From the NCBI GenBank assembly GCA_016840035.1, contig JAEOTC010000038.1, forward strand, positions 1-64,000: 64,000 bases of DNA, in the 5' to 3' direction. Below the pieces are notes generated by a model that searched no databases, was not told the origin of the DNA, and was given only the letters and a program-made list of their open reading frames with translations. Source of the stretch: Candidatus Hodarchaeota archaeon. GTDB taxonomy: Archaea; Asgardarchaeota; Heimdallarchaeia; Hodarchaeales; Hodarchaeaceae. How positions within the stretch are numbered: position 1 is the stretch's first letter; every line of letters starts with the position of its first letter. Positions 10,271 to 21,673 of the stretch are shown one piece after another. The position numbers were made by a program, and so were the translations under genes.

Positions 10271-11419
10271 ATGAAAACACAATTATATGATTGGCATGTA
10301 GAAAATGGAGACATTGTTGACTTCGCAGGCTTCAAGATGCCTATAATGTACACTTCCATAATTGAGGAGCATCTAGCAGTTAGAAATACAGTTGGTATCT
10401 TTGATGTTTCTCATATGGGTCGAATGTGGATTCAAGGTGAAGATTCCGAGAAATTCCTTAACGTTCTAGTACCACGTGACCTCTCGAAAACCGCTGTAGG
10501 TAGAGCTTCCTACACCTTCATGCTTAATGAACAGGGGGGCTTTCGGGACGATTTAGTATTCGAGAGGGTTGATGAAAATAAATGGTTGCTTGTATGGAAT
10601 GCTGGAAACTATAGTAAAATAATACATTGGATCAATTCAAATTCAAAATTGATTCAAAATTTTCATAAACTTGATGTTTTATTTGAAAATATCTCTCAAT
10701 CCTCTGCAATGTATGCTTTACAAGGTCCTAAGGCAGAAACTCTCTTAAAGCGCGTTTTACCGGAAGATTTATCTCCACCCAAATCTTGGAGCATTTTACA
10801 AACGATGATTGACGGCTGTGATGTAATCATTTCCGGAACTGGGTATTCAGGAGAATCTGGATACGAAATAATTATTCTGAATACAACCAAAGCAGATAAT
10901 CAAAAAGCAGTCAAAGTATGGATGAAACTACTTCAAGAAGGCGCTGAATTTGCTATCAAACCATGTGGATTAGGGGCGCGTGATTCACTTAGATTAGAGG
11001 CAGGATATCATCTCTATGGAAATGATATCTCAGAAGATATTAATCCACACGAAGCAGAGTTATTTTTTCCCCCATTTATACATATGAACAAACCATACTT
11101 TGTAGGAAAATCTCAACTAGAAAATTTGAAGGATAAACCTCTTAAAAAAATACGTGTAGGTTTGATTTCTTTGAAAAAGGGTCCTAATCCCCGTCCCGGT
11201 TTGAAACTATATAAAGATGGAACGGAAATAGGTATTATTTCTTCTGGGGGCTTTTCTCCACTCTTGAATATCGGAATCGGAATGGGATACATCCTTCCAG
11301 AGCATAACACCGAGGGCACACTAATTCAGTTCCAAGTCAGAGAGAAAATGCATGATTTGAAAATTAAGAAATATCCTTTGTACGACCCAGATAAGTTTGG
11401 AAAATCACGGAAAGTATGA
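10271..11419 (+). CDS. gcvT: glycine cleavage aminomethyltransferase T
   Basis: FDVSHMG, ALQGP, TGYSGESGYE, GLGARDSLRLEAG. Confidence 0.96.
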   Translation: MKTQLYDWHVENGDIVDFAGFKMPIMYTSIIEEHLAVRNTVGIFDVSHMGRMWIQGEDSEKFLNVLVPRDLSKTAVGRASYTFMLNEQGGFRDDLVFERVDENKWLLVWNAGNYSKIIHWINSNSKLIQNFHKLDVLFENISQSSAMYALQGPKAETLLKRVLPEDLSPPKSWSILQTMIDGCDVIISGTGYSGESGYEIIILNTTKADNQKAVKVWMKLLQEGAEFAIKPCGLGARDSLRLEAGYHLYGNDISEDINPHEAELFFPPFIHMNKPYFVGKSQLENLKDKPLKKIRVGLISLKKGPNPRPGLKLYKDGTEIGIISSGGFSPLLNIGIGMGYILPEHNTEGTLIQFQVREKMHDLKIKKYPLYDPDKFGKSRKV

Positions 11420-11422
11420 AAA

Positions 11423-14400
11423 TTACTTCTTTTTCTTCTTTGCTTTAGTCTTCTTACCCGATTCCCCAGATATTGATCCAAGTTCAGATAAGGCATCTGA
11501 AAATAAGTCAATCAAGTCTGGGGGTTTAACCTCGGCCGGTTTAGAAGATTCTGATTCGGGTATTTCTTCATAAGCAACTTCAGGAATGCCAAAAATCTCA
11601 TTAGTATCACTTGATTCATCTTCTGCTAAGGAATCTACCACAGAATCAAAGGTACTAGTGACATCCTTATCAAAAAGACTTTTAGTCTCTTCAAACGGTT
11701 TAGTTTCCTGTCTGGGAGGGATAATGCTTTCTGTATCAACTAAGGCCTTTTCCAATTCCTGTAGACCAGGGAGCTGTTGTTTTTGTAAACTCTCTGCATC
11801 AGGTTCCAGCTGAAGGGACTTGAGTTGAGTTGGTTTTACAACTTCCTCTTTTTTAGGTTGAAAAGTTGACTCCAAGTCGCTTAGATCTGGTGTACCTGTT
11901 GTCTCCTCAACAAAACTGGGTGAAATTGCAGGTTTCGGTTCAGAAATTATGTCTGGGGTGGAGGTTGTAGCATCTTTCTTTAATAAACGCCCGAAAGCAT
12001 CTACTTCCCATTCTTCCTCACTTGTAGATGTATCTTTTTGCGATAATGAACGAAGGACATCAGCTCCTCTTACCTTGGTATCCCCACGAGAGCTAAAAAG
12101 TGTAGTAACCTCATCATCTGATAGAGTAATCCCCTCTTTAGTTATCTGAGTCTGGTCAGGAAGAATCTCATCTTCCATCGTGGGAGAGGTTAATGTTGAT
12201 TCTTCAGGAGTCGGATCTCGGGAAAATAGACTTGAAAGTTCCGCATCACTAAGGGTAGTAGAGGTAATTTCTCCATCTTTTTTGAGAGGAATTTCTAAAA
12301 CTTCGTCACTAATTTGCGGTTGTGCGGTTAAAGCTGGTTCTTCCTGCACTGTATCTCTGGATTGAGGCTCTGGTTCGTGTGTCAGAGGTGGAGCCCCAAA
12401 AGGATCTGGTAATGGGGATTCAGGTTTAATACCTTTTATAACATCTATAATCTCATCTTCTTCTATAACTTCAGGAGCAGTAGGTTGTTCTATTTGTGGT
12501 TCTTCGGCATGAGTAATTATTTCAGATGTATCAACCAATGTAGGCGTCGGTAGTTTCTCGGTTTCAATTTCAATTTGATCTTTCAAAGGTTGAGATTTCA
12601 AGAAACTGCTCCGTGCTTCTGTTAACCGTTTAAATTCCTTTTTGAACTTCTTAGGTTGAATTCTTAGATCATCAATATGTTGTTGTATCTTATCAACTTT
12701 TTCTGAATCTTTTTGATCAGAAACATAGTTTAACATGAATACAAGTGAACCACCTATTTCATCAGAGCGATTAATCATATTTGCTAATTTACTAGTATAT
12801 TCCAAATATCTAAAGACTAGATCCAAATTATCGGTTGAGATTGCTGTATCGATGACATCACAGCTAGTTGTGAAGAGTGCATCCAAATCCTCTAATTCTT
12901 CTAGTTTCTCTATTGTCTGTTGAAAAGCAGTTAAAACAGAATCATCGGAGATGCTGCAAAGATGTTTTGTAAGGAGTGCTAACAGCTTTGCTTCGTGTTT
13001 TTTTGCCTTAAACTTGTTACATATATAAATTCCCCTCTCAAATGTACGAATAGCTCTTTTGGGGGTAGAAGATTGAGTAGCTAGGTTGTAATAAATATCA
13101 ACCACCCCATCAAAGTCATTAGCTCCCCTGAGATAATCAGCTGCAAGGTATGCATATTCAGAAGCTAGGTCAGGATTCTCTTCAGCAACCATCTGAGCGA
13201 ATCTCTGGCAAACATGGGCACCAAGTTGATTCTTTTCCGCAACAAGTTCAGGATTTGTAACAATTTGCTGGATTAAACTATCTAAATACTCTCTTGCTTT
13301 TTCAATATTAGCTTTATTAACCAGGTTCTGAATAAAGGTGAGTGAATGCTCAACAATATCAGAAAAGGGGAGACTTGACCTCTCAGACATTATGGACATT
13401 AATTTAATGGCTTCAGCAGCGAAACCAAACTCTACAAGCTTACCTGTGTATTTGAATACAAGTTTATCGCCAGGATCAACGAGAGCACTGCCATATACAA
13501 GATTAACCAGGGAAATGATGCCATCAGAGGCCTCATAAGTTAAAGCAGACGAAGATATCAAATTATCATAGAATTTTTCAGAATACTTAATGTATTCATC
13601 GAGTGGAGGTGATAGAACTTCATTTACAACAATGAGTAAGGAGACATCGGGAAATTTTGATAAGAGAGGATCTACTACCTTCTTTGTTATTTTCTTAAAA
13701 TCATCTTTTACAGAATGGATTTGTATGATCTTACGGAATATCTTAAGGGACGGTTCTTTTACTTGAATAAAAGTAATGCTAAAAATCATGTGAAGAAATT
13801 CAAGGGCTTTTTCTGGTTTGGTGTCATCCTCAAATAAAGCAGCTACATCAAGTGCAAATTTTATTGCGGAATTGTAGTCTTCATTATCAAGAGAAATCTT
13901 TGCATATTCTTTTATCGATTGGATTGCGATTTTATATTGTTGGTGAGTTTTACCAAATCTAAAAATCAGATCGGTCATTTTAGCTGCATCTTCAAATTGA
14001 TCAAATTCCAAAAATCGATTTCGCATTTTTCCAAGATATTTGATGACATCAGGGATGCTCCCAGAACTTTCTATATATCGAGCATTTTGTACACTGAAAA
14101 TATAAGCATCTTGAAACATTCCTTGATCTAACTGTCTATCGATAATACTCGAAACAATTGAAATGCACTTCTTATATTCCTCTTTCTCCTCGTATTCTTT
14201 TAGAATAATGTCTGTAATTTTCTGTGATAACTCCACTGAATAATCAAGGAGCTCTTCTTGATATTTCACTAACACTTGAAGTGCGCCTTGCTCATCTCCC
14301 ATTCGTTTATAGGCCTCTGAGGTTTCAAAAACATACTTTTGTACAAGATCAACTCTTTGAGTGTGTTCTAATAAATGATCAAGAAAACGACCAATTGAGT

Positions 14401-17014
14401 CAATAGCTCTTGTAAAATCGTTTTGTTTACCTTGGAGAACTACTAGTTGATCCAGAATATGGGCAGCTCTATCAATTTCATTGTTACCCAAAAGCTCATT
14501 AATGAATTTTTGCAGCAGTTCATAATCAATTTGATCTGATTGGAGCATTAAACTCGCAATATAACGGATATATTCAAAAATCATATCACGATGGTCATAC
14601 TCTCTGAGTTTGTCAATAAATTGGCAACAGAACTTCACTACATCTTTTATCTTCTTTGTTTCTAACAAACGAGATAATTCTAGGTTGATCATTTCTTGAG
14701 CAGTAAGAACAGCCTGACTCACAAGCATTTCATCAACATATTTCAAAACAATTTTTTCTCTCTTCTTTGGATCCTCAATAGTTTGAAGAGCAGTCTGTAT
14801 AAATGATTTTGATCGATCTTTCATTCCTAATTTGCCTAATAAATCACCCATCGCTAATTGTTTTTCTATCCGACGAGAATCGTCATCTTTGTAGGCCTTC
14901 CCGATTAGATTTTCGACAAATTGGAGATAATTCTTTGCTGCTTCACTTTCATTTAAGTCTGCAAGACCTCTTACGACACCAAGACTAAAATCAACAGCTT
15001 CTTCAACTTTATTCAATTCATAGTACAATTTAATAGCTTGATTACTAAGTTCACATGCTTTTACATATGTTTCAGTGTCCATAAGTGCATCTGCAGCTTC
15101 TAAAGTAATTTCTAATGCTTTCTCCTTCTTCCCTTGGGTTTCAAGTGTCAGAATTAGGCGATTAATATAGCGTTGGTAATGGGTTTTCTCCTTCGCAGCC
15201 TTAAGTAAATTTGTTGTTTCCTCTAATGTACTCATTATTTCGAAATTAGCCTTTCTTTCTTCTTGAACACCAAGCGCAATATCGATTAAGAAAATAATGT
15301 CATCCATGAACCCATCCTTTTGCCCTGCTGCAAACGAATCCTCACTAGCGCTAATCTCTTTAATAGCAAAGTGTGCATATCGAAGAGCATTTTCCCACAT
15401 AACTACGGGTAATCGAGCATGTTTATAGAATTCTGCTTGTTTCTTTGCTAAAAGTAAGATAGTTGATATTGAATCTGGTGAAATTTTTTCCGATAAATAG
15501 TGATCTAACACTAAATCACATAAATTGGCCGCATTTAGGTGTTTATTTTGATCAGCAAGCATTTCTATGGATTCGAAAACAAATTCAACGGAAGTATCTA
15601 AATCAATGGCTAGTAAATCCGATGTGATTTCAGATTGAATCTTAACTACTTTAGAGTCTTTATTTTGATCAACGAAAAATTGGATAAGCTTTCTTCCAAA
15701 TCGCAAAATACCTTTAGAGTTCTTTTCTTTGCGGAAGCGTCTTAATAAAACCTCTGTGATTTTTGATGCAGCTTTGAGATTTCCCTCTTTCTCTTTCTGT
15801 TCAATAATTTGTAAGAAATGGCCAACTGCTACATTAATTATAATCTGATCCATTGGTTTCTTTGAGAGAGCCCCAATAGTTTGAAAGATTAGTTCTGAAG
15901 CATCATACAAATAGCTGAATGATATCTGAGGGATTTCTTGATTAATTAATCGTGCGATTTCATCCTGATCTATAGTAATCTCTGTGGGAGTGGATATAGT
16001 ACCATCAGACTTTCGGAAACGTAAAAACCAAGAATCAAATTTTCTAAGGATTATACATTCTACTCCTCCAGAATGGGAAATTTCCACTTCCTTGACTGGT
16101 AAGGGTTGTCCGACTTCTACAACTTCTTTCACTTTTACTATAAATTTATCAAAATCTTCAGCTTTACTGAATTCAGACATGTCAAATTCAGACAAATCAA
16201 CAAGTGTGACTTCATCTTGTTCTACTGAAGGGGTTTCTTGCGATGAAGAGAATATTTTAGGATCATCAACATCAACTATACTATCCATTTGAGGTATGGA
16301 AACAGAATCTTCTGATTCAAGTCTTTCTGGTTTTAGTACTAACGATTCAATTCGTTCTGCAGAATCATAAATTGCTGAAAATGATAGAAAATCGATTCCA
16401 GATTCACTAATCAATTCTACAAGCTTATCTTGGTTTACTTCCTCTTTTGAGTAGACTTTTCGTATGAGTAATTCTTCACCTCTAGACAATACAACTGCGT
16501 ATTTTCCCTCTGGAGTGTAATAGATTGAAGCAAAACCTGATTTCGAGTGTAACATCTCGATTCGTGTAAGCTGCTTATCACCAGGAGGAATTGTCAATAT
16601 TTTACTTGTTATTTTTGTTGTTTTTTCATGAATAACTTCCTCCTCTTCTTCAGATGTTGAGTCAGTAATGATTCCAAACTTTTCAGTCATTTCGTTAACA
16701 GGTTGGGTCACAGGAGTCGAATCAGCAGTATCTTCTATCGAGAAAGCCTGAAATTCATCTTTAATAGTTGTAACTAGTAGATCGGCTATATCAAAAATAG
16801 CAGAGAAACTAAAAAATTCCACTCCGGCTTCACTAAGGAGATCTACCATTCGGTCCTGGTCGAGTTTGGCTGGAGAGAGAGAAGAAGAGTTAATTTGTCT
16901 ATCATTTTGGAAAAAATTTAATACATATCGTTCTCCACTTTCTCTAATCTCGACTTCAACCCCAGAAGTAGAAGGAAGCTCTAACCGAATCAGTTTTTCG
17001 TCTCGGGTTGCCAT
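11423..17014 (-). CDS. giant 1863 aa protein: three N-terminal repeats, alpha-solenoid core, acidic disordered tail
   Basis: Long uninterrupted ORF; SFSAIFD/SFSAIYD/SFSYLYD repeats; helical TPR/SNAP-like periodicity. Confidence 0.8.
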   Translation of the reverse strand: MATRDEKLIRLELPSTSGVEVEIRESGERYVLNFFQNDRQINSSSLSPAKLDQDRMVDLLSEAGVEFFSFSAIFDIADLLVTTIKDEFQAFSIEDTADSTPVTQPVNEMTEKFGIITDSTSEEEEEVIHEKTTKITSKILTIPPGDKQLTRIEMLHSKSGFASIYYTPEGKYAVVLSRGEELLIRKVYSKEEVNQDKLVELISESGIDFLSFSAIYDSAERIESLVLKPERLESEDSVSIPQMDSIVDVDDPKIFSSSQETPSVEQDEVTLVDLSEFDMSEFSKAEDFDKFIVKVKEVVEVGQPLPVKEVEISHSGGVECIILRKFDSWFLRFRKSDGTISTPTEITIDQDEIARLINQEIPQISFSYLYDASELIFQTIGALSKKPMDQIIINVAVGHFLQIIEQKEKEGNLKAASKITEVLLRRFRKEKNSKGILRFGRKLIQFFVDQNKDSKVVKIQSEITSDLLAIDLDTSVEFVFESIEMLADQNKHLNAANLCDLVLDHYLSEKISPDSISTILLLAKKQAEFYKHARLPVVMWENALRYAHFAIKEISASEDSFAAGQKDGFMDDIIFLIDIALGVQEERKANFEIMSTLEETTNLLKAAKEKTHYQRYINRLILTLETQGKKEKALEITLEAADALMDTETYVKACELSNQAIKLYYELNKVEEAVDFSLGVVRGLADLNESEAAKNYLQFVENLIGKAYKDDDSRRIEKQLAMGDLLGKLGMKDRSKSFIQTALQTIEDPKKREKIVLKYVDEMLVSQAVLTAQEMINLELSRLLETKKIKDVVKFCCQFIDKLREYDHRDMIFEYIRYIASLMLQSDQIDYELLQKFINELLGNNEIDRAAHILDQLVVLQGKQNDFTRAIDSIGRFLDHLLEHTQRVDLVQKYVFETSEAYKRMGDEQGALQVLVKYQEELLDYSVELSQKITDIILKEYEEKEEYKKCISIVSSIIDRQLDQGMFQDAYIFSVQNARYIESSGSIPDVIKYLGKMRNRFLEFDQFEDAAKMTDLIFRFGKTHQQYKIAIQSIKEYAKISLDNEDYNSAIKFALDVAALFEDDTKPEKALEFLHMIFSITFIQVKEPSLKIFRKIIQIHSVKDDFKKITKKVVDPLLSKFPDVSLLIVVNEVLSPPLDEYIKYSEKFYDNLISSSALTYEASDGIISLVNLVYGSALVDPGDKLVFKYTGKLVEFGFAAEAIKLMSIMSERSSLPFSDIVEHSLTFIQNLVNKANIEKAREYLDSLIQQIVTNPELVAEKNQLGAHVCQRFAQMVAEENPDLASEYAYLAADYLRGANDFDGVVDIYYNLATQSSTPKRAIRTFERGIYICNKFKAKKHEAKLLALLTKHLCSISDDSVLTAFQQTIEKLEELEDLDALFTTSCDVIDTAISTDNLDLVFRYLEYTSKLANMINRSDEIGGSLVFMLNYVSDQKDSEKVDKIQQHIDDLRIQPKKFKKEFKRLTEARSSFLKSQPLKDQIEIETEKLPTPTLVDTSEIITHAEEPQIEQPTAPEVIEEDEIIDVIKGIKPESPLPDPFGAPPLTHEPEPQSRDTVQEEPALTAQPQISDEVLEIPLKKDGEITSTTLSDAELSSLFSRDPTPEESTLTSPTMEDEILPDQTQITKEGITLSDDEVTTLFSSRGDTKVRGADVLRSLSQKDTSTSEEEWEVDAFGRLLKKDATTSTPDIISEPKPAISPSFVEETTGTPDLSDLESTFQPKKEEVVKPTQLKSLQLEPDAESLQKQQLPGLQELEKALVDTESIIPPRQETKPFEETKSLFDKDVTSTFDSVVDSLAEDESSDTNEIFGIPEVAYEEIPESESSKPAEVKPPDLIDLFSDALSELGSISGESGKKTKAKKKKK

Positions 17015-17312
17015 AAGTAATCGTTCATCCTATGAGATTTATCATATAATGTCTCTTCTAAAAGATTTTCTAATTCTCAAGAATGTTATTATATGTATAG
17101 AGTTGTTTTCTGATAAGTAAGTGTTTAATTTAAGAAAATGATCAGAACTCTTAATTTCTTTCCTTACTCTATGTGTGTCCTAGATTTATGTACCTAGGGT
17201 TTCAGTACTATTCATTAAAATACGATTTAAGAAATATAATGACTGATAATGAGGTTAAGAACTAGATAATACGTAAATTACTTTCCAAAGTGAGTAAGAC
17301 CTCGAAATCAAT

Positions 17313-18575
17313 TTATTCTATTGATTTCTCAACGAAGATTTGAATTAAATTGATGATGGTCTCAACTGACTTTTCCAAAGCAATAACAGGTACAAATTCT
17401 TTCTTGCTATGAAAATTCATTGCTCCAGAGAAAATATTTGGAGTTGGTAAACCCTGATAACTCAAACGAGCTCCGTCAGTTCCTCCACGAATTACTTTTT
17501 TGATAACAGGAATACCTGAACGCTTAATCGCTTCCTCTGCATACTCCATCAGCTCGGGCACCTCATCGATTTTATACTTCATATTCTTGTAAGATTCTTT
17601 TATTGTCAATTTAATTTTAGCAGAGGGATATTTTTTCTGGATTTCATCTGTAAAATCCTTTACTTCTTGAATTTTCTCTTGAAGAATTGTATAATCGAAA
17701 TCACGAATAATAAACTTTATTTTTGCTTCGTTCACGGAGCCACTAATTACATAGGGGTGATAGTATCCCTCATATCCTTCTGTCATCTCAGGAGATTCAT
17801 TAACAGGGAATAACTGTATAAGATCTGACAGAATTCTAATTGCATTTACCATTTTATCTTTTGCATATCCAGGGTGACAATTAAAGCCAGAAATTAAAAT
17901 ATCACCACCTGCGGCATTGAAAGTTTCTGATTCCAGTACTCCCATCTCATCCCCATCAATCGTATACCCGTAATCCGCATTTAAAGATTCTACATCAAGG
18001 CCATCAACTCCACGACCGACCTCTTCATCTGGAGTAAAAACAATCTTAATTGTTCCATGTTTAATTTCGGGATTAGATTTCAATTTGGAGATTGAGGCCA
18101 TAATTGCAGCAATTCCAGCTTTGTCATCTCCACCCAATAATGTTGTACCATCAGAAGTCACAATATCACTTCCAATAAACTTTAGCAATGCAGGTGTTTC
18201 TTGGGGAGAGATTACAAGATCAGGATTATTTAAAAGTTGGATATCTCCTCCCTGATAATTTTTCACGATTTGTGGCTTAACATTTTCGCCAGATTCTTCG
18301 GGAGAAGTGTCTAAATGACCCAAAAAACAGATTATTGGAATCTTTTGGGCTTCTTCATCTGAGAGATTTGAAGGAATTGTTGCTATAACATAGCAGTTCT
18401 CTGTTAAGACAGTATCAGCTATACCTAAATCTTTTAGCTCTTGGACGAGAATTTTCGCTAGATTAAATTGATGTTTTGTACTCGGAATAGATTTCTCATC
18501 TTCCTTACTTGTTGTATGGATTTTAACATACTTTAAAAATCGATCTAAGACATCTGAAGTCATTAATACCACCAT
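17313..18575 (-). CDS. pepT: peptidase T (M20B)
   Basis: HLDTS, DGTTLLGGDDKAG, FTPDEEVG, IRGGTDG, NFHS. Confidence 0.95.
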   Translation of the reverse strand: MVVLMTSDVLDRFLKYVKIHTTSKEDEKSIPSTKHQFNLAKILVQELKDLGIADTVLTENCYVIATIPSNLSDEEAQKIPIICFLGHLDTSPEESGENVKPQIVKNYQGGDIQLLNNPDLVISPQETPALLKFIGSDIVTSDGTTLLGGDDKAGIAAIMASISKLKSNPEIKHGTIKIVFTPDEEVGRGVDGLDVESLNADYGYTIDGDEMGVLESETFNAAGGDILISGFNCHPGYAKDKMVNAIRILSDLIQLFPVNESPEMTEGYEGYYHPYVISGSVNEAKIKFIIRDFDYTILQEKIQEVKDFTDEIQKKYPSAKIKLTIKESYKNMKYKIDEVPELMEYAEEAIKRSGIPVIKKVIRGGTDGARLSYQGLPTPNIFSGAMNFHSKKEFVPVIALEKSVETIINLIQIFVEKSIE

Positions 18576-18650
18576 TGAGAAATGAGAAAATAGAGAATTT
18601 AATTCTTATAGATGAGGTAAAAAAGAAAAAAAGGGAGGAAAACTTTGATT

Positions 18651-19373
18651 CTAACTTCCACGAGTTACGGGGAGGTGTGGAAGAAGTAAGGCGGCCAATA
18701 AGCCAATTTCACGGTTTTGAGTGTACACAACGCCAGGGCCTGTATATCTGATCACGACACCCTCTCCACCAAGCATGAAACTCTTTCGACCACCTACTTT
18801 TGAAACTTTATGCTCAATTCCTGCTTGATAAGCCATCATCACGCCATTATCTACAACAAACTCTTGACCTGGTTCTAATTCGTGACGTTCAACGTATCCA
18901 TAACCCCCAATCCAAACATCACCATCAGCTTCCGCCATGATTTTGGTTAACATGAGTCCTTCACCTCCTAAAACTCCTTTAAAACCCCCAAATTTAGAGG
19001 TTACCCCAATACTCGTAGTCCCACAAATATAAGCATCGCGACTGAGAACCCATTCTTCACCTTGCTTTAAATGAAGATGAACTATATCACCTGGTGCACC
19101 ATGTGCGAATGCAACAACTCCAGGTGGAGAACCATCAGAAATTGAGAAGAAATTCTGAAACATCGATTCACCGGAGAATTTTCGCTTTAAACCTCTCATA
19201 ACTCCGCCAGCTGATTTAGTTTCCATGTTCACATGGCCATCCATGTATACCATTGCTCCTCCTTCAGCACGAACCTTTTGACCTGGATTGTCAATCGTAA
19301 TTTTAACTACTGCAAAAGCAGGATCCCCAACTACCTCATATTTTAAAAAAGATGTGTCTTTATTGATTGTCAT
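18651..19373 (-). CDS. AIM24/TIGR00266 family protein
   Basis: AEGGAM, SGESMF, GGEGL, VVDNG, GPGVVYTQ. Confidence 0.9.
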   Translation of the reverse strand: MTINKDTSFLKYEVVGDPAFAVVKITIDNPGQKVRAEGGAMVYMDGHVNMETKSAGGVMRGLKRKFSGESMFQNFFSISDGSPPGVVAFAHGAPGDIVHLHLKQGEEWVLSRDAYICGTTSIGVTSKFGGFKGVLGGEGLMLTKIMAEADGDVWIGGYGYVERHELEPGQEFVVDNGVMMAYQAGIEHKVSKVGGRKSFMLGGEGVVIRYTGPGVVYTQNREIGLLAALLLPHLPVTRGS

Positions 19374-19480
19374 TATTTTTCACTTAATATTTCCTTGAAT
19401 TTTTATTTTAATGAACAAATCTATTCATTCAATTTCCGTTCTATTCTGATTAAAAGCTGTACTAAAACGGAAAACGAAAA

Positions 19481-20149
19481 TTACGTTAAAATTTGGAAAC
19501 GCATGCTTAAATCGTTTAAAATTGTATTAAAATCTGAGAAGATATAAAATTGCATCTTGTTCTTCATACAAAGTCTCGATAACTCGGAATCCTTTACAGA
19601 ATAAACTATATCCGCTTTCTTTGCCGCATAAAAATCCCCACTCCCGTCTCCTATATAGAGAACATTATATCCTTTCTCTTGATAGTCAAGAACAAGATCC
19701 TCTTTAAAATTCCGAGAAATTTCATGCTTTTTTGTTGGGAACTCAAATGAGATCCCCGTTGAAGTATATTTGCTAATACCAGAAACAATTGGAATATGAT
19801 TTTTCGTTTCTATTTTATTCAGAAAGAACTCAATTATAAAATCCAATCCAGCTGATACAATCATTAAAGGAATGCTAAATTCTTCGCAGAATAATGCGAG
19901 TTTATTAAAGGATGGTCGAAAAACTATCTTTGAATCAAGTACCTTCAATATGGTTTCACGAGGAACTTTTAGTGTAGAAAATTGTTTTGTTAAACACTCC
20001 TCAAGAGTTATTTCTCCCTTTAGGAGTTGATTGTCATATTTCCTCCAATTTCCTGAACCATATAGATTCAGGATAAGAAGTGCAGTATCTTCTATTACAA
20101 TTGTTCCATCGAAGTCAGAAAGTATAACATATTTTGGCATCGGCAACAA
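19481..20149 (-). CDS. MtnX-like HAD-IB phosphatase
   Basis: DFDGTI, IVSAG, YIGDGSGD. Confidence 0.88.
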   Translation of the reverse strand: MLPMPKYVILSDFDGTIVIEDTALLILNLYGSGNWRKYDNQLLKGEITLEECLTKQFSTLKVPRETILKVLDSKIVFRPSFNKLALFCEEFSIPLMIVSAGLDFIIEFFLNKIETKNHIPIVSGISKYTSTGISFEFPTKKHEISRNFKEDLVLDYQEKGYNVLYIGDGSGDFYAAKKADIVYSVKDSELSRLCMKNKMQFYIFSDFNTILNDLSMRFQILT

Positions 20150-20175
20150 ATTTCAATCGTGATTTTAAATTGGCC

Positions 20176-21600
20176 TCAATCATAAGGCATTCGTTTGCCA
20201 GCTAGATACTCCTTATGATGGTCTTTAACTAACATCAGAAAGAATAATCCGATTATGTATATTATTCCCAGTACTACAAAGCCAACTCGGTAAGAGGTAG
20301 GTATGCTTCCAGTAATTTCTTGAGTAATAGATAATACTGCAGCAAAAATTGACATACCAATGGCACTTCCACCTTTATTCACCAATTTACTAAAGCCGAA
20401 ATATTGGCCAACCTTATCTTCCGGGGCTAGTTCAATAACCATTTGACGATTTGCTACCCAAGTAGAGCCTTGTGCTCCTCCAATAATTAATGCTGCTAGA
20501 AATAGTAGTATAAGCCAAACAGTCCCCATATTCGGATCATTCGTATCTGCAAGTATGGCAATAATAAGTGCAAATAAATATCCAATTCCTACGACAAGAA
20601 ACGCCATTTTTGGGCCTCTTTTATCTGATACAGGCCCGATAGCAAGTGTTAAGACACTCGCTCCAATGACTCCAACAAAAATCAACACGAGGGGCATCTC
20701 CCCTGAAAGTCCCCAGGCATCCTCGGCAGCTGGTAGCATATACGTGATTATTGTATTAACAACATCAACCGTTAGTATCCATCCGATCATAAATAACAGC
20801 ATATCTCGATAGGTGACAACTTCTTTAGCGGTGGATTTTAATTCATTAAAGGCGCTTTTGAATACACCAAGAGTGGATTGAGACTCTTTTTTTGTTCTTT
20901 CAGTTACCCAAAGAAAGGGAATTGCCGTAATCAAAAATGCTAAAGCGCATATCAGCCACATCCATTGAAAGTCTCCGAGTACGATCTGGTCAAATGGGAT
21001 TACTTCTCCTCCCTTATCAAGTGGTGCACTTAATGGGACTCCGTCTTCGCTTAAAGGGGTATGTGCTGATATTCCGACAATTGGGAGAAGAAACAAGATT
21101 GCTATGGCAATGAATGATCCTACATATCCAATAGCTATCCCAATTGCTGATACATTCCCGATTTCATCCTCTGCACAGATATGGGGAATCATAGCGTCAT
21201 AAAAAAGGTTCCCCCACTGGTAGGTAATATTTGCTAGGATAAATAGGAAAAAAGCAATCCAAAAATTCGTGAAGAAAAAAACAATACCTGAAGTTAGGAT
21301 ACAGAGAGTTCCTAATAAGACAACTTTGCTCTTCCTTTCCCCGCTTTTGTCACTTAAAGCTCCCATAAACGGTATTGTAATGGCTACAAATATTGTTGAA
21401 ATCGATCCTGCTAGTCCAGCAAGAAAATTCGACTCACTCCAGCTTAAACCTTGTTGCATACCGAGTAAAGTAAAAAATTTAATCACTGTTAATGAAACAA
21501 TACCCATAGAGAAGATAGTATTTGCTAAATCATACATAGACCATAGTAATACATTCCCACGGGTAGAACGTTTATTTATTAGAGCTGTACTTGTAGACAT
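20176..21600 (-). CDS. MFS transporter (UMF1/Atg22-like)
   Basis: WSMYDLAN, GALSDK, FYDAMIP, GYVGS; about 12 TM helices. Confidence 0.88.
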   Translation of the reverse strand: MSTSTALINKRSTRGNVLLWSMYDLANTIFSMGIVSLTVIKFFTLLGMQQGLSWSESNFLAGLAGSISTIFVAITIPFMGALSDKSGERKSKVVLLGTLCILTSGIVFFFTNFWIAFFLFILANITYQWGNLFYDAMIPHICAEDEIGNVSAIGIAIGYVGSFIAIAILFLLPIVGISAHTPLSEDGVPLSAPLDKGGEVIPFDQIVLGDFQWMWLICALAFLITAIPFLWVTERTKKESQSTLGVFKSAFNELKSTAKEVVTYRDMLLFMIGWILTVDVVNTIITYMLPAAEDAWGLSGEMPLVLIFVGVIGASVLTLAIGPVSDKRGPKMAFLVVGIGYLFALIIAILADTNDPNMGTVWLILLFLAALIIGGAQGSTWVANRQMVIELAPEDKVGQYFGFSKLVNKGGSAIGMSIFAAVLSITQEITGSIPTSYRVGFVVLGIIYIIGLFFLMLVKDHHKEYLAGKRMPYD

Positions 21601-21673
21601 GATTCAATCTTCCAGTTTGAGTATCGGCACTTGGTTTTGTTATAAAGTTTTTTAGAATAAAATCTAAAGATGG

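Noticed and set aside
11586-16292. Many + strand short ORFs opposite the 1863 aa gene (and similar antisense ORFs elsewhere)
   Set aside because: Antisense shadows without motifs.
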